Assembly: GCA_963771465.1 (NCBI GenBank)
Contig: CAVYTU010000014.1
Coordinates: 512,001-576,000, forward strand
Source of the DNA: an uncultured delta proteobacterium
GTDB taxonomy: Bacteria; Desulfobacterota; Binatia; UBA9968
Direction of reading: 5' to 3'
DNA: 64,000 bases
A model generated the notes under the pieces. That model ran no database searches. It was given only the letters and a program-made list of their open reading frames with translations, and was not told where the DNA came from. Shown here one piece after another: positions 21,188 to 30,326 of the stretch. Position numbers and translations under genes: made by a program. Each line of letters opens with the position of its first letter. Positions within the stretch are counted from its first letter, which is position 1.

Positions 21188-21334
21188 GCGGGAGTTCTAA
21201 GCGTTACGACCAAATCGACTACGATCGGTTGGCGCTGAACCGTGGGGTTTTCGTGTCGATTGTGAAAGCAACGCATGGGGCTAAACCCCACGCGTTGAAT
21301 ATAAAAAATTACCGAGACGCCGGGAGGTTGTCGG

Positions 21335-21523
21335 TTACGCGCTGCACGAAAACGGCGACGTAACGCAGTCGAGAACCTTTACCCAGCCCTTCGCCAAATG
21401 ATCGCCAACGTTGATCCCTTTCACTCCAACCCAGAACACCAGCGCGACCATTAAGACCACGAGCGTGTATTCAACCATTCCTTGACCGTCGTCTTCCTTA
21501 ATCAATCGCGTTATCAAATTCAT
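21335..21523 (-). CDS. flp: Flp family type IVc pilin
   Basis: 62 aa; DDGQGMVEY prepilin motif followed by hydrophobic helix; AGGAG RBS. Confidence 0.8.
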   Translation of the reverse strand: MNLITRLIKEDDGQGMVEYTLVVLMVALVFWVGVKGINVGDHLAKGWVKVLDCVTSPFSCSA

Positions 21524-21751
21524 ACCGTCTTTCTCCTTGTTAATATCTCTTTGGGATGTCTGTTCTTCGCCTAACCACGTCGAGAGATAGAGCAACCTTA
21601 CTGCCGACCCGCGCCTGACACCAAAAGCTGGATATTCGATGAGAGATTGGCCAAAACTCATGTCTCCTGTGTGTCGGGACTCCCCGTTTTCACGGAGCCA
21701 AGGATTGAACGGGCGAGGTTGCCCGCACATGAAACTGCCAATCTACCGGTT

Positions 21752-22507
21752 CTAGCTTGAGAGCCGATTGGATGGTTTTCCGATATGAATATGCGGACCG
21801 GTGGCGGCGCCTGGGACTGGTTGTCGAAATGCCAAGAAGGGAATACCTGATTTACGTAGATACCCGATCAATGATTTGCCTTCGGTGCTGTCGGGATGAA
21901 GCCCCACATCCATCGAATCGCGATGATCAAAGCCTAAGCGATTATGCGTGTCGGATTGACCGCGGGCAGTAATCGGCAGGTTGCGTCCGAAGGTTTGCGA
22001 AAAGTATTTTTCAACACGCGACGCTTCTCGGATCGACCATTTGACTCCGCCATTAAAGCGCATCAGCTCCGCTGTTTCGCTGAAGCCGCCCACGGGCAAC
22101 ACCGGCATGCGCAAAACCTTCTCGCCTAAAACCGCTTCGGTAATTGCGATCTGCGTCTCGGTTACCGAGTCGCGCATCTCATGCACGCGCTTGAGGGCGG
22201 CGATGAAAGATTTTTCTACTTCAATCACTCGCTCTTTTGATACCTGACCGATTTCAAGCAATTTGCGCTGCCGAATCACTTCGCTGCGAAGCGCCGACTG
22301 GGCATTTTCATAATCGGCCAGCAGTTGGCGATCCCGTGCTAGCGTTTCTTTCATTTGTTCCACGGAGTTCGTCGCGTTGCCAAGACTGGAAATGCTCACT
22401 GTAGAGCGCCGATTCCAGCCGTTAACAGTGAAGAATAAAATTACTAGAAGCGGTGGAACTGTCGCGGCGATGAGCAACAGCCGGGATTTTACGACTTCGG
22501 CGAACAT
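21752..22507 (-). CDS. Membrane-anchored coiled-coil protein with His-rich C-terminal domain (paralog B)
   Basis: C-terminal half closely matches 19454..20257 (FNGG..W, TFGR.LPI.A.GQ, HIHIGKPS). Confidence 0.75.
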   Translation of the reverse strand: MFAEVVKSRLLLIAATVPPLLVILFFTVNGWNRRSTVSISSLGNATNSVEQMKETLARDRQLLADYENAQSALRSEVIRQRKLLEIGQVSKERVIEVEKSFIAALKRVHEMRDSVTETQIAITEAVLGEKVLRMPVLPVGGFSETAELMRFNGGVKWSIREASRVEKYFSQTFGRNLPITARGQSDTHNRLGFDHRDSMDVGLHPDSTEGKSLIGYLRKSGIPFLAFRQPVPGAATGPHIHIGKPSNRLSS

Positions 22508-22548
22508 GAAGGCCAAAGTCTAAGGGCTTATGAAAATCGCGTCAAGGT

Positions 22549-22589
22549 AAAAGAAATGGCCGTCACATCCAAAGATGCTACGGCCATTT
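22549..22589 (-). terminator. Probable terminator of the Mo-oxidoreductase operon
   Basis: AAATGGCCGT...ACGGCCATTT inverted repeat followed on the minus strand by CTTTT. Confidence 0.45.
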
Positions 22590-22646
22590 AAGATGATTTC
22601 AGGCCAGATGTACCTAGCCCGGCAGTAATTACTAATCGTGCCATGT

Positions 22647-23630
22647 TTAGATCGAAGCTAACAAACCTCGTTGAATCAGGTCTTGTGCCATTCGAACTTT
22701 ATATCCATTATCCTTAAGCGGGTTGGCGCCTTCGAGGGCGATTTCTCCAGCCTTCTTTGCCGTGGCGTCGTCCAAGCGTTTGCTGCGCAAAAATTCTTCC
22801 GCTTTGGCAGCGCGCCAGGGAATGGGCGCCACGCCGCCCATGACGACGCGTGCATCGCGTACCATCCCACCGCCACTTTCGACGATCGTGGCAACAGCAA
22901 CGATGGCGTGATCCCACGCTAGCCGCTCGCGCACCTTGTGATAGAAACCTTTGCTGCCTGCCTTTGGCGTCGGCACGTAGATTTCAGTGACGATCTCGCC
23001 GGGGTTAAGTATATTCTCTCGTTTGAAATCCACCGACGGCAGGACAAAAAATTTTTCTAAAGGAATTGTTCTCTCGCCTTTCGCGCCGGCAATTTTGATC
23101 TGCGCACCGAGTGCGACCAACGCTGGCGCGGTGTCCGACGGATGGGCGATATAGCTCGGCCCGGCGCCGAGAATCGAATGAAACCGGCTATCGCCCGTGA
23201 TCGCGTAGCAGACCTGCCCGCCTTTGCGCAGACAGGTGAAGTTCGACGAGCGAAAATACCAGCAGAACGGCCGCTGGCATATGTTGCCAGCGAGCGTCCC
23301 GGCGTTACGGATTTGCGGCGACGCCGCTTCGCCAGCAGCATCCGAGAGGATCAATAATTTCTCGCGAATTGCCGGATGCTCCTCGATATCCGATAGCTTT
23401 GCCAGCGCGCCGATTCGAAAGCCGCCGCGCTCTTCTTTGATCTGGTCGAGACCGGGAATAGTCTTCAGATTGACGACATAGTCCGGCGTCAAAACGTTGT
23501 CCTTCATCAATTGCAACGCTTCGCTGCCGCCACCAATCACCAAGGCTGGCTTTTTCTCCTGATGGAACTTTTGCAATAGCGAAATCGCTTGGCCGACGCT
23601 TTTGACATCGATATTTTCAAATGACTTCAT
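22647..23630 (-). CDS. Xanthine dehydrogenase family FAD subunit (PaoB/YagS-like, 4Fe-4S insert)
   Basis: ASPQIRN.GT..GN.CQRP.CWYFR...C.RKGG..C, HPSD.APAL, GGVAPIPWR. Confidence 0.9.
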   Translation of the reverse strand: MKSFENIDVKSVGQAISLLQKFHQEKKPALVIGGGSEALQLMKDNVLTPDYVVNLKTIPGLDQIKEERGGFRIGALAKLSDIEEHPAIREKLLILSDAAGEAASPQIRNAGTLAGNICQRPFCWYFRSSNFTCLRKGGQVCYAITGDSRFHSILGAGPSYIAHPSDTAPALVALGAQIKIAGAKGERTIPLEKFFVLPSVDFKRENILNPGEIVTEIYVPTPKAGSKGFYHKVRERLAWDHAIVAVATIVESGGGMVRDARVVMGGVAPIPWRAAKAEEFLRSKRLDDATAKKAGEIALEGANPLKDNGYKVRMAQDLIQRGLLASI

Positions 23631-23643
23631 CGCAGTTCCTCCA

Positions 23644-25865
23644 TCAGACTTGGCGCGCTTGTAAAATCTTGTCCGGCGTTATCGGCAATTCTTTAATCCG
23701 TTTGCCAGTGGCATTGAAGATCGCGTTGGCAATTGTCGCCACCGCCGCCGTGATCGGCGGCTCGCCAACCACTTTGCCACCGAACGGGCCGAACGGATCA
23801 ATATGCTCGATGAAGATCACTTCGACTTCCGGCACCTCGAGATGCGTCGGTACCTTGGCGTCGCGATAGTTGGGATTGATCGGGATACCGGTCACTTTGT
23901 CGATAATTAATTCTTCACTAAATGCCATGCCGATGCCTTGAGTCACGCCACCCTTGATCTGACTTTCCGCCGGCAGCCGATTGATGATCGTCCCCGAGTC
24001 GTGCGCCGCCACATAGCGACTGATCTTCACGTGCCCAGTAATCCCATCGACTTCCACCTCGGCGAAGTGAGCGGAAAAACTCTTCCCTTCCACATCTTTG
24101 AACGCCGGATTGGTCGTTGCTCGGCCGATCATTTCGCCGGCACTTCGGACGACCCTTTCCAGCGGTAGTTTTTGGCTAGGATCGGCTTTGACGAAAACCT
24201 CGCCGTCGCGCAGATCCAACTCTTCCGCCTTCACCTTCATTTGCCCGGCGGCGCGATTGAAAATCTGCCGGCGCACGTCTTCCGCGGCGGCGATCACCGC
24301 CAGTCCGGTGAATGAAGTCGTGCGGCTGCCGGACTCGCCAACCGAGTAAGGCGTCACGTCGGTATCGCCGTTGGTGAGCTGAATCTGAGTGAGCGGAATT
24401 CCGAGAGCTTCAGCGGCGATGATCGCCATCGTCGACTTGGCGCCCGTACCGATATCGGAGACACCGACCAGCACATGCGCCGTGCCGTCGGGATTGAGGC
24501 GAATCGTCGCCGCACCAAGCCCGGACGAAATGGATAACCGCCTAACGCCATGCCGATGCCGTGCTTTTTCGCGCCGCCCATGGCGCCAGGCTTTGTGCCA
24601 TTTTTCGCTGCCAACCGATGCGCTTGGAACCTTCGATGATGCACTGCTCCAAGATAAGTTCGACGTGAATGGAGTCTTGCTTTTATATTTTTGGATCCGG
24701 TTACTGCATGAACATATCGACCGGATTGATATCCATCTCGTGGGCGATCTGATCCAGGAACGACGCGAAGCCGAACACCGATTGCGGATAAGCACGGCGC
24801 CCGATAGTTGGCGCGCCACCACCGTGTTGGTGTGGACCGGCTAGGATGACTTTCTTGAAGTTGGGAATATTGTAGAAATCCGTGCCGCTTAAATTGCCGC
24901 TCTGCTTGCGATACGCGCCCATGTTGGTGACTGCGTCGAGCGTTACCGCGGTAATCGTGCCGTCTTTCTTCACGCCGATCTTGTAGCGTTGCTCCGAGGA
25001 CCAGCGCCCATGCATGCCGATGTAGTCATCTTCACGGGTGAATTCGAGCTTCACCGGTTGCCCGGCAACCTTGGCCAAGACGGCCGCCATGTAGTCGTAG
25101 TCTTGCGCCTGGTTTTTATTGCCGAAGCCGCCGCCCATATATTTGCAGACGATTCGCACTTTGCTCAGCGGCAAGGCGAAGTCTTTGGCGATGTCCGTGC
25201 GCGCGTTGGAGACGCCTTGAGTAGAAGCAAATACGGTGAGCTTGCCAGCGTCCCACTTGGCGACGCTGACGCGCCGTTCCATCTGGGCGTTATTGACATG
25301 CTTGGTAATGTAGGTGTCTTCGAAGACCCGATCGGCTTCATTAAAGCCTTTGTCGACATCGCCCCAGGATTCTTCGATGGGCGCGCTGGAAGAGCCCTTG
25401 CCCACGGAAAGATTGCCGTTGGGCGTTATCTTCGGCGCGTCCGGTTTCAATGCTTCGTTGGCGATCGAGCACATGGGGAATTTTTTCATACTTCACATCG
25501 ATCAGCTTTAGTGCGTCTTCGGCGATATGCCGATCGGTGGCCGCCACCGCCGCCACGGCATCACCAACGTAGCGCACCGGGTTGTTAAAAATAAATCGCT
25601 GGTGCGTCAGGCCGCCGCTCGACCACGGCACCTTGGCGTTCTCGTGGTGCACGATCGCTTTCACCCCCGGCAATTTCTCGGCCTTCGACGTATCGATGCC
25701 GACGATCTTGGCGTGGGGATGCGGGCTACGCAGCACGCGCGCGTAAAGCATACCGGGGAGTTGAATATCGCCGGTGTACTGCGCTTGGCCCGTGACGCGC
25801 TCATAGGCGTCGATGCGCGGGATTCGTTTACCGACAACGGAAAATTCTTTTGGTGCTTGTGCCAT
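23644..25865 (-). pseudogene. Xanthine dehydrogenase family molybdopterin-binding subunit (PaoC-like), split by several frameshifts (possibly sequencing error)
   Basis: Colinear fragments: RIDAYERVTGQAQY, MGGGFGNK, DIGTG...GSRT, QIKGG..QGIG, GGK.VGEP across three or more frames. Confidence 0.8.
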
Positions 25866-25877
25866 GGCTGTCCTCCT

Positions 25878-26495
25878 TTAGCGAGCTTTCGCCGCGACGG
25901 CGAGCACCGCCGCGACCTCGCGGTTATAATTACCACAGCGGCACAGATTGCCGGACAATCCGCGGCGCGCCTGCGTTTCGTTTGGTTTCGGGTTCTTCAT
26001 CAGCAACGCCTTGCCGGACATAATCTGACCCGACGTGCAAAAGCCACACTGCGGTCCGTCATGTTCGATAAACGCTTCCTGCAGCGGATCGAGCTTGTCG
26101 CCTTTCGCCAATCCCTCGATGGTGAGAATCTCTTTGCCTTCCATCCAGACCGCGAGTTGGCTGCACGAATACATATTGCGTCCGTCGATGATCACCGTGC
26201 AGGCGCCGCACTCGCCGCGATCGCAACCGATCTTGGTGCCGGTGAGCCCGACCTGATCGCGCAGCACCTCGGCCAAGGTGTTGCGGTGCTCGACGTCGAC
26301 TTTGTAAAGCTTGCCGTTGACCTTGAGGTTGAGCGCCTTTTTAGCAGGTGCGCTGCCGCTTGTTTCCGGCGTGTAAGCCTCGGCCGGATCGGTTTTAACC
26401 AAGCCGGTGGAAATCGCTGCCGTACCGATGGCGCTACTGCCAAGCCCTTTAAGAAACGAGCGGCGCGAGAACTTCGATCCCTTTTCATCGTTCAT
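25878..26495 (-). CDS. [2Fe-2S] subunit with Tat signal (PaoA-like)
   Basis: SRRSFLK twin-arginine; CDRGECGAC, QCGFC, NLCRC. Confidence 0.92.
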   Translation of the reverse strand: MNDEKGSKFSRRSFLKGLGSSAIGTAAISTGLVKTDPAEAYTPETSGSAPAKKALNLKVNGKLYKVDVEHRNTLAEVLRDQVGLTGTKIGCDRGECGACTVIIDGRNMYSCSQLAVWMEGKEILTIEGLAKGDKLDPLQEAFIEHDGPQCGFCTSGQIMSGKALLMKNPKPNETQARRGLSGNLCRCGNYNREVAAVLAVAAKAR

Positions 26496-26632
26496 AATCG
26501 CTAACCTCCTGTCTCAAGCCCGTTTAAAAGCCGTATCGAACAGCTAATGGTTAATATAGTTGGGGAAGCGGAGTCAACGGGAAAAACGTCGCTTGCCGCG
26601 GCCATTTAATCCCGCTAAGCTTCGGCCCGATC

Positions 26633-27538
26633 ATGACTGACAAGCAACCGATAAGATCGGAAGGCGAGCAGCTCGAAGAATTTCTCGACGCGTTGCAAAG
26701 AGAGCACGCCGTCAAGGAAATCGCCGGCTGGGAGAGTGGCTTTGACAATCTCAGCCGCGCCCTCGACGGCGTCCGTCCAGGACTGCATCTACTCATCGGC
26801 CCGCCTGGCGTCGGCAAGACTTCCTTGGCCAAACAACTGCTCGACCAGGTCGCAATGCGAAACAGTGCTACCGGAATTTTCATCAGCAGCGCCGAATCGA
26901 AACAAGAACTGCGCATTAAAACCCTGGCGCGCCTGAGTGATATGGATAGTCGCGAAATCCGCCGCGGCAGCGCCTACTTGCTCCACTGGTACGGCGTGCC
27001 GCGATTGAGCGGCAATCAGCCAGGTGAAATCTCGCCGAGTTGGGAAAGACTTAAGCGCGCCGCAGAACAAGCGCAAAGTTGGCTCGATTCAATCTATTTG
27101 GTCGACGCCAGCGCAAACCCAACCGTCCCTACAATCGCGGAACAAATCGACGAGATCAAAAACATCAAGAAAAGGTCACAGCTTATAGTGGTGATGGACG
27201 ACTGCCAACGCTTCGGAGAAATAACAGAATCCTTGGACGCGCGCCTGCCGATCGTCGTCGAGCAACTGCAACATTTGGCAATGAACCTGGAATCGCCGCT
27301 ACTCGCAATCTGGCCCGACCTCAGTGGCGAAGCCAAAACCGAGCCGCAAGCTTGGGCGGAAAGAGTCGCCAGCGCCGATGTAATCATGGTATTGGAAAAC
27401 GATTCTGCGCGAACTAGACAACGCACCGAGCCGAATCAGCCCGTCACGTTGCACATCGTCAAAAACCGCGGCGGCGAAAAGGGTAAACTGGTGTTCGATT
27501 TCTATCCAGCGTTCGCGAAGTTCACTGAAGCTGCGTAA
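26633..27538 (+). CDS. Stand-alone DnaB-like helicase C-terminal (RecA-fold) ATPase
   Basis: SGFDNL, GPPGVGKT Walker A, ADVIMVL, IVKNRGG; no DnaB N-terminal domain. Confidence 0.8.
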   Translation: MTDKQPIRSEGEQLEEFLDALQREHAVKEIAGWESGFDNLSRALDGVRPGLHLLIGPPGVGKTSLAKQLLDQVAMRNSATGIFISSAESKQELRIKTLARLSDMDSREIRRGSAYLLHWYGVPRLSGNQPGEISPSWERLKRAAEQAQSWLDSIYLVDASANPTVPTIAEQIDEIKNIKKRSQLIVVMDDCQRFGEITESLDARLPIVVEQLQHLAMNLESPLLAIWPDLSGEAKTEPQAWAERVASADVIMVLENDSARTRQRTEPNQPVTLHIVKNRGGEKGKLVFDFYPAFAKFTEAA

Positions 27539-27587
27539 CGCGTCGCGAATGCCGGCGCCACAATTTCCATCCAAATCTCCCGGCTGA

Positions 27588-28307
27588 CTACCGCTGCCAC
27601 AGATAGTAGCAAATCGGCACCGGCGCGTTAGCGACAACAAGCGCGCCTTCATATCCGTCTATGGGATCTACTTCGCTAAGCGACCAACCCGGCACGCCGG
27701 CCGTGATACGCACCTGATCGGCGGCAGTCAGCGTAATTTCCACTTCGTCCAACGCTCCGGACAGGCCCGTTCCCTTGGCTTTGAGAAACGCTTCCTTGCT
27801 CGTCCAGCATTTGAAGAAAGCTTGGCGTTGCAGGCTTACCGGTAACCCGCGCATCGCCGCGATTTCTCTCGCGCTGAAAAACCGCTCGGCGACTTCCTGA
27901 CATTCAAAATCTTCCTTGACATACTCGATGTCGATGCCGACTTCGCGTTTACGGCAAACGGCGAGCAACGCCATTTCATGGGAGTGGGAAAGATTAAACT
28001 CAACGTCGCTCGACGCCGGCGCGTGGGGAAGCCTTGGTTTGCCGTTAGCGCCAATGTCGAAGCTCACGCGCGCCGGCTCACTGGGCAAATAGCGGCGCAG
28101 AATATCGTGCAGCGCAATATGAGCGACGAGATAGCGCCGCCGATCCCGCTCAAACTTAAAGCGCGCCAGTCGCTCGCGTTCCTCGGGAGAAAGTAGATCC
28201 AGATCGCGGTCAAAATCGACCGTCGCGTCGTCGAGCCGCACCGCCCATATATGAATGTTATTTTGAAGCGCCGGCAATTCAACCGGTGATCGAGGCCACG
28301 AAGTCAT
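27588..28307 (-). CDS. 4'-phosphopantetheinyl transferase (Sfp/HetI-type)
   Basis: GKP, FNLSHS, VGIDIE, WTSKEAFLKAKG. Confidence 0.92.
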   Translation of the reverse strand: MTSWPRSPVELPALQNNIHIWAVRLDDATVDFDRDLDLLSPEERERLARFKFERDRRRYLVAHIALHDILRRYLPSEPARVSFDIGANGKPRLPHAPASSDVEFNLSHSHEMALLAVCRKREVGIDIEYVKEDFECQEVAERFFSAREIAAMRGLPVSLQRQAFFKCWTSKEAFLKAKGTGLSGALDEVEITLTAADQVRITAGVPGWSLSEVDPIDGYEGALVVANAPVPICYYLWQR

Positions 28308-28399
28308 GGATTAGTCACGAGTCAAAGCTACCACCAACGTTTCAATTTTAACCCATGAAACATCGAAGATTATTTTTTTTACTCTTACGTTCATTGCGC

Positions 28400-28774
28400 C
28401 TAAATCTCACCCACGCTCGGCAATCCGGTGACGACCACCCGTTCGCCGTCGAGCGTGATCTCAAGATCGCACGGCGTGTCAAAGAAAATCATCGTGCGCG
28501 GATGCTCGTACACAGTGCTCTTGTGCGGAATCTCTTCGATGTAGATGTTGAACATGATACCGTCGGGCAGATTGACCGTCTTGGTGTGCATCGTATCGCC
28601 TTCGAAGAACACTTCGATCCAGTTGCGGTTCTCAGTGACTGCGAAAATGATGCCAGCGGCATTCTTGATCGTCGCGACTAGTTCTTCACCGGTTGGATTA
28701 TCCGCCATATTCAGCGAGTTAGATTCCGGAACGCACATACCGGCGGGGACGCCTGACCCCTTCTCGTTCACCAC
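28400..28774 (-). CDS. Hypothetical protein
   Basis: Co-oriented last gene of the operon; alternative ATG 28708. Confidence 0.65.
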   Translation of the reverse strand: MVNEKGSGVPAGMCVPESNSLNMADNPTGEELVATIKNAAGIIFAVTENRNWIEVFFEGDTMHTKTVNLPDGIMFNIYIEEIPHKSTVYEHPRTMIFFDTPCDLEITLDGERVVVTGLPSVGEI

Positions 28775-28796
28775 TCATCCATATTCTCATACTACG

Positions 28797-30326
28797 TCAA
28801 TTCGCCAGCAACGTCGTCGCATCGCGTATCGTCTTTCCCGACGACGTGCGCGGCAATGACTCCCGGATGACGACCTTGTCGGGCACTTTGAAGTTGGCGA
28901 GATTGCCGCGCAGAAACGCCAGCAAATCTTTTTCGACTACCGTGCTCCCCGGCCGCGCCACGATGGCGGCGCCGATCACTTGGCCGCGCTTGGCATCGGG
29001 GATGGCGAAGACGATGGTCTCCTGCACGCCGGGATAAGTGTAAATCAGATTCTCCACCTCGGCGGGATAGACATTCAAACCGCCGGTGATAATCATGTCG
29101 TCGCGCCGGCCGAGATGATAGTAGTAACCGTCCGCTTCGACCTTGCCGACATCGCCGGTGTAGAGCCAGCCGTTGCGAATCCGCTCGGCGGTGGCGTCGA
29201 GCCGGCGAAAGTAACCTTTCATCACGTGCGGCCCGCGCGTGATGATCTCGCCGGCTTCGCCAATGGCAACTTCTTTATCGTTTTCATCGACAATCCTCAC
29301 TTCAACCCGCGGCACGGCGCGGCCGATGCTGCCGATCTTGGCTTCGGCTTTTTCCGGTTCGACCAGAGTTATCATCGGCGAAGTTTCCGTGAGGCCATAG
29401 CCTTGAATCACTTTGATATGCGGCTGCGCCGCTTGAAACGCGCGCAAGAGCGGCATGGGAATACTCGTACCCATCATCGCCGCGATCTTCATGCTGCGGG
29501 TGTCATAGCTGGCCAAATTCTTAACGCCGAGCAAAAGCTGGAACACGATCGGCACGCTCTCGAACACATTGACGCGGTATTTTTGAATGCCTTCGAGCAA
29601 CGTCACCGGATTGATCTGATCGAAGATCACCAGCGTATAGCCTTTTTCGGCCAGCTCGTTACAAACCACCGGGCCGACGATATGCGACATCGGCAAGATG
29701 CAGCCGCGGATCGTCGATGAGTCGGTAATGCGAAATTCTCCCATCAGCGTCGGGTACTGCATCAAATTGACATAACTCAGCACGACACCCTTGGGCTCGC
29801 CGGTGGTGCCCGAAGTGTAGAGAATCAGCGCGTCGTCACCGCCGTTCAATTTCGGTAGCGCTATCACGCCCGCCGGCGCCACCAAGCGCTTTTCAAAGCT
29901 TCGTTCACCGTCACCAGCGGCGACCCAGACGGGAATCGGCGCCAGAGTTTTGAACGCCTCTTGCACGTCGCCATAGAGCTGTTGGTGCACCACGAGTAAT
30001 TTGAGATCGGCGTCTTTGAGCACGCCTTCGAGCTCTTTGCCCTTCAAGCGCGCGTCGAGAATGACGGTCACCGCGCCGATCTTTTGCGTCGCGAAATAGC
30101 TCAGTGGAATGGCGGTCGAATTCGGCAACAGAACGCCGACCCGGTCGCCCTGGCGAATGCCCTCTTGCTGCAAGCGACCGGCGAGCGCATGCACACGCTG
30201 GTTAAGCGCGCCGAACGTTAGCTCTTCTTCCCTGGTGATGATCGCAGTTTTTTGCGGCTGGCGCTCGGCGGTTAGCTGCAAAACTTCCGCCGCGAAAAAG
30301 CCTACTGAATCGGTATCGATTGCCAT
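28797..30326 (-). CDS. Long-chain acyl-CoA synthetase / class I adenylate-forming enzyme
   Basis: YTSGTTGEPKG, QGYGLTE, YTGD, GR.DDMII, RTSSGK. Confidence 0.9.
   Translation of the reverse strand: MAIDTDSVGFFAAEVLQLTAERQPQKTAIITREEELTFGALNQRVHALAGRLQQEGIRQGDRVGVLLPNSTAIPLSYFATQKIGAVTVILDARLKGKELEGVLKDADLKLLVVHQQLYGDVQEAFKTLAPIPVWVAAGDGERSFEKRLVAPAGVIALPKLNGGDDALILYTSGTTGEPKGVVLSYVNLMQYPTLMGEFRITDSSTIRGCILPMSHIVGPVVCNELAEKGYTLVIFDQINPVTLLEGIQKYRVNVFESVPIVFQLLLGVKNLASYDTRSMKIAAMMGTSIPMPLLRAFQAAQPHIKVIQGYGLTETSPMITLVEPEKAEAKIGSIGRAVPRVEVRIVDENDKEVAIGEAGEIITRGPHVMKGYFRRLDATAERIRNGWLYTGDVGKVEADGYYYHLGRRDDMIITGGLNVYPAEVENLIYTYPGVQETIVFAIPDAKRGQVIGAAIVARPGSTVVEKDLLAFLRGNLANFKVPDKVVIRESLPRTSSGKTIRDATTLLAN

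Noticed and set aside
21590-21730. c-di-GMP riboswitch upstream of flp
   Set aside because: Lacks the GGCAAAC/GAAA tetraloop-receptor pattern of the GEMM motif.
21725-21740. Sigma54 promoter for flp (TGGCAGTTTCATGTGC)
   Set aside because: GG-GC spacing is 11, not the required 10.
24510-25490. Programmed frameshifting or phase variation in the Mo subunit
   Set aside because: Too many scattered indels without consistent slippery sites; error or decay is more parsimonious.
25527-26504. 325-aa plus-strand ORF (and similar 8317..9255, 20471..21181)
   Set aside because: Antisense shadows of well-supported genes, common in GC-rich DNA.
27588-30326. NRPS/PKS biosynthetic cluster (PPTase + adenylation enzyme)
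   Set aside because: No carrier, condensation or KS domain recognised in the window; the 28400 protein lacks a DSL-type Ser motif.
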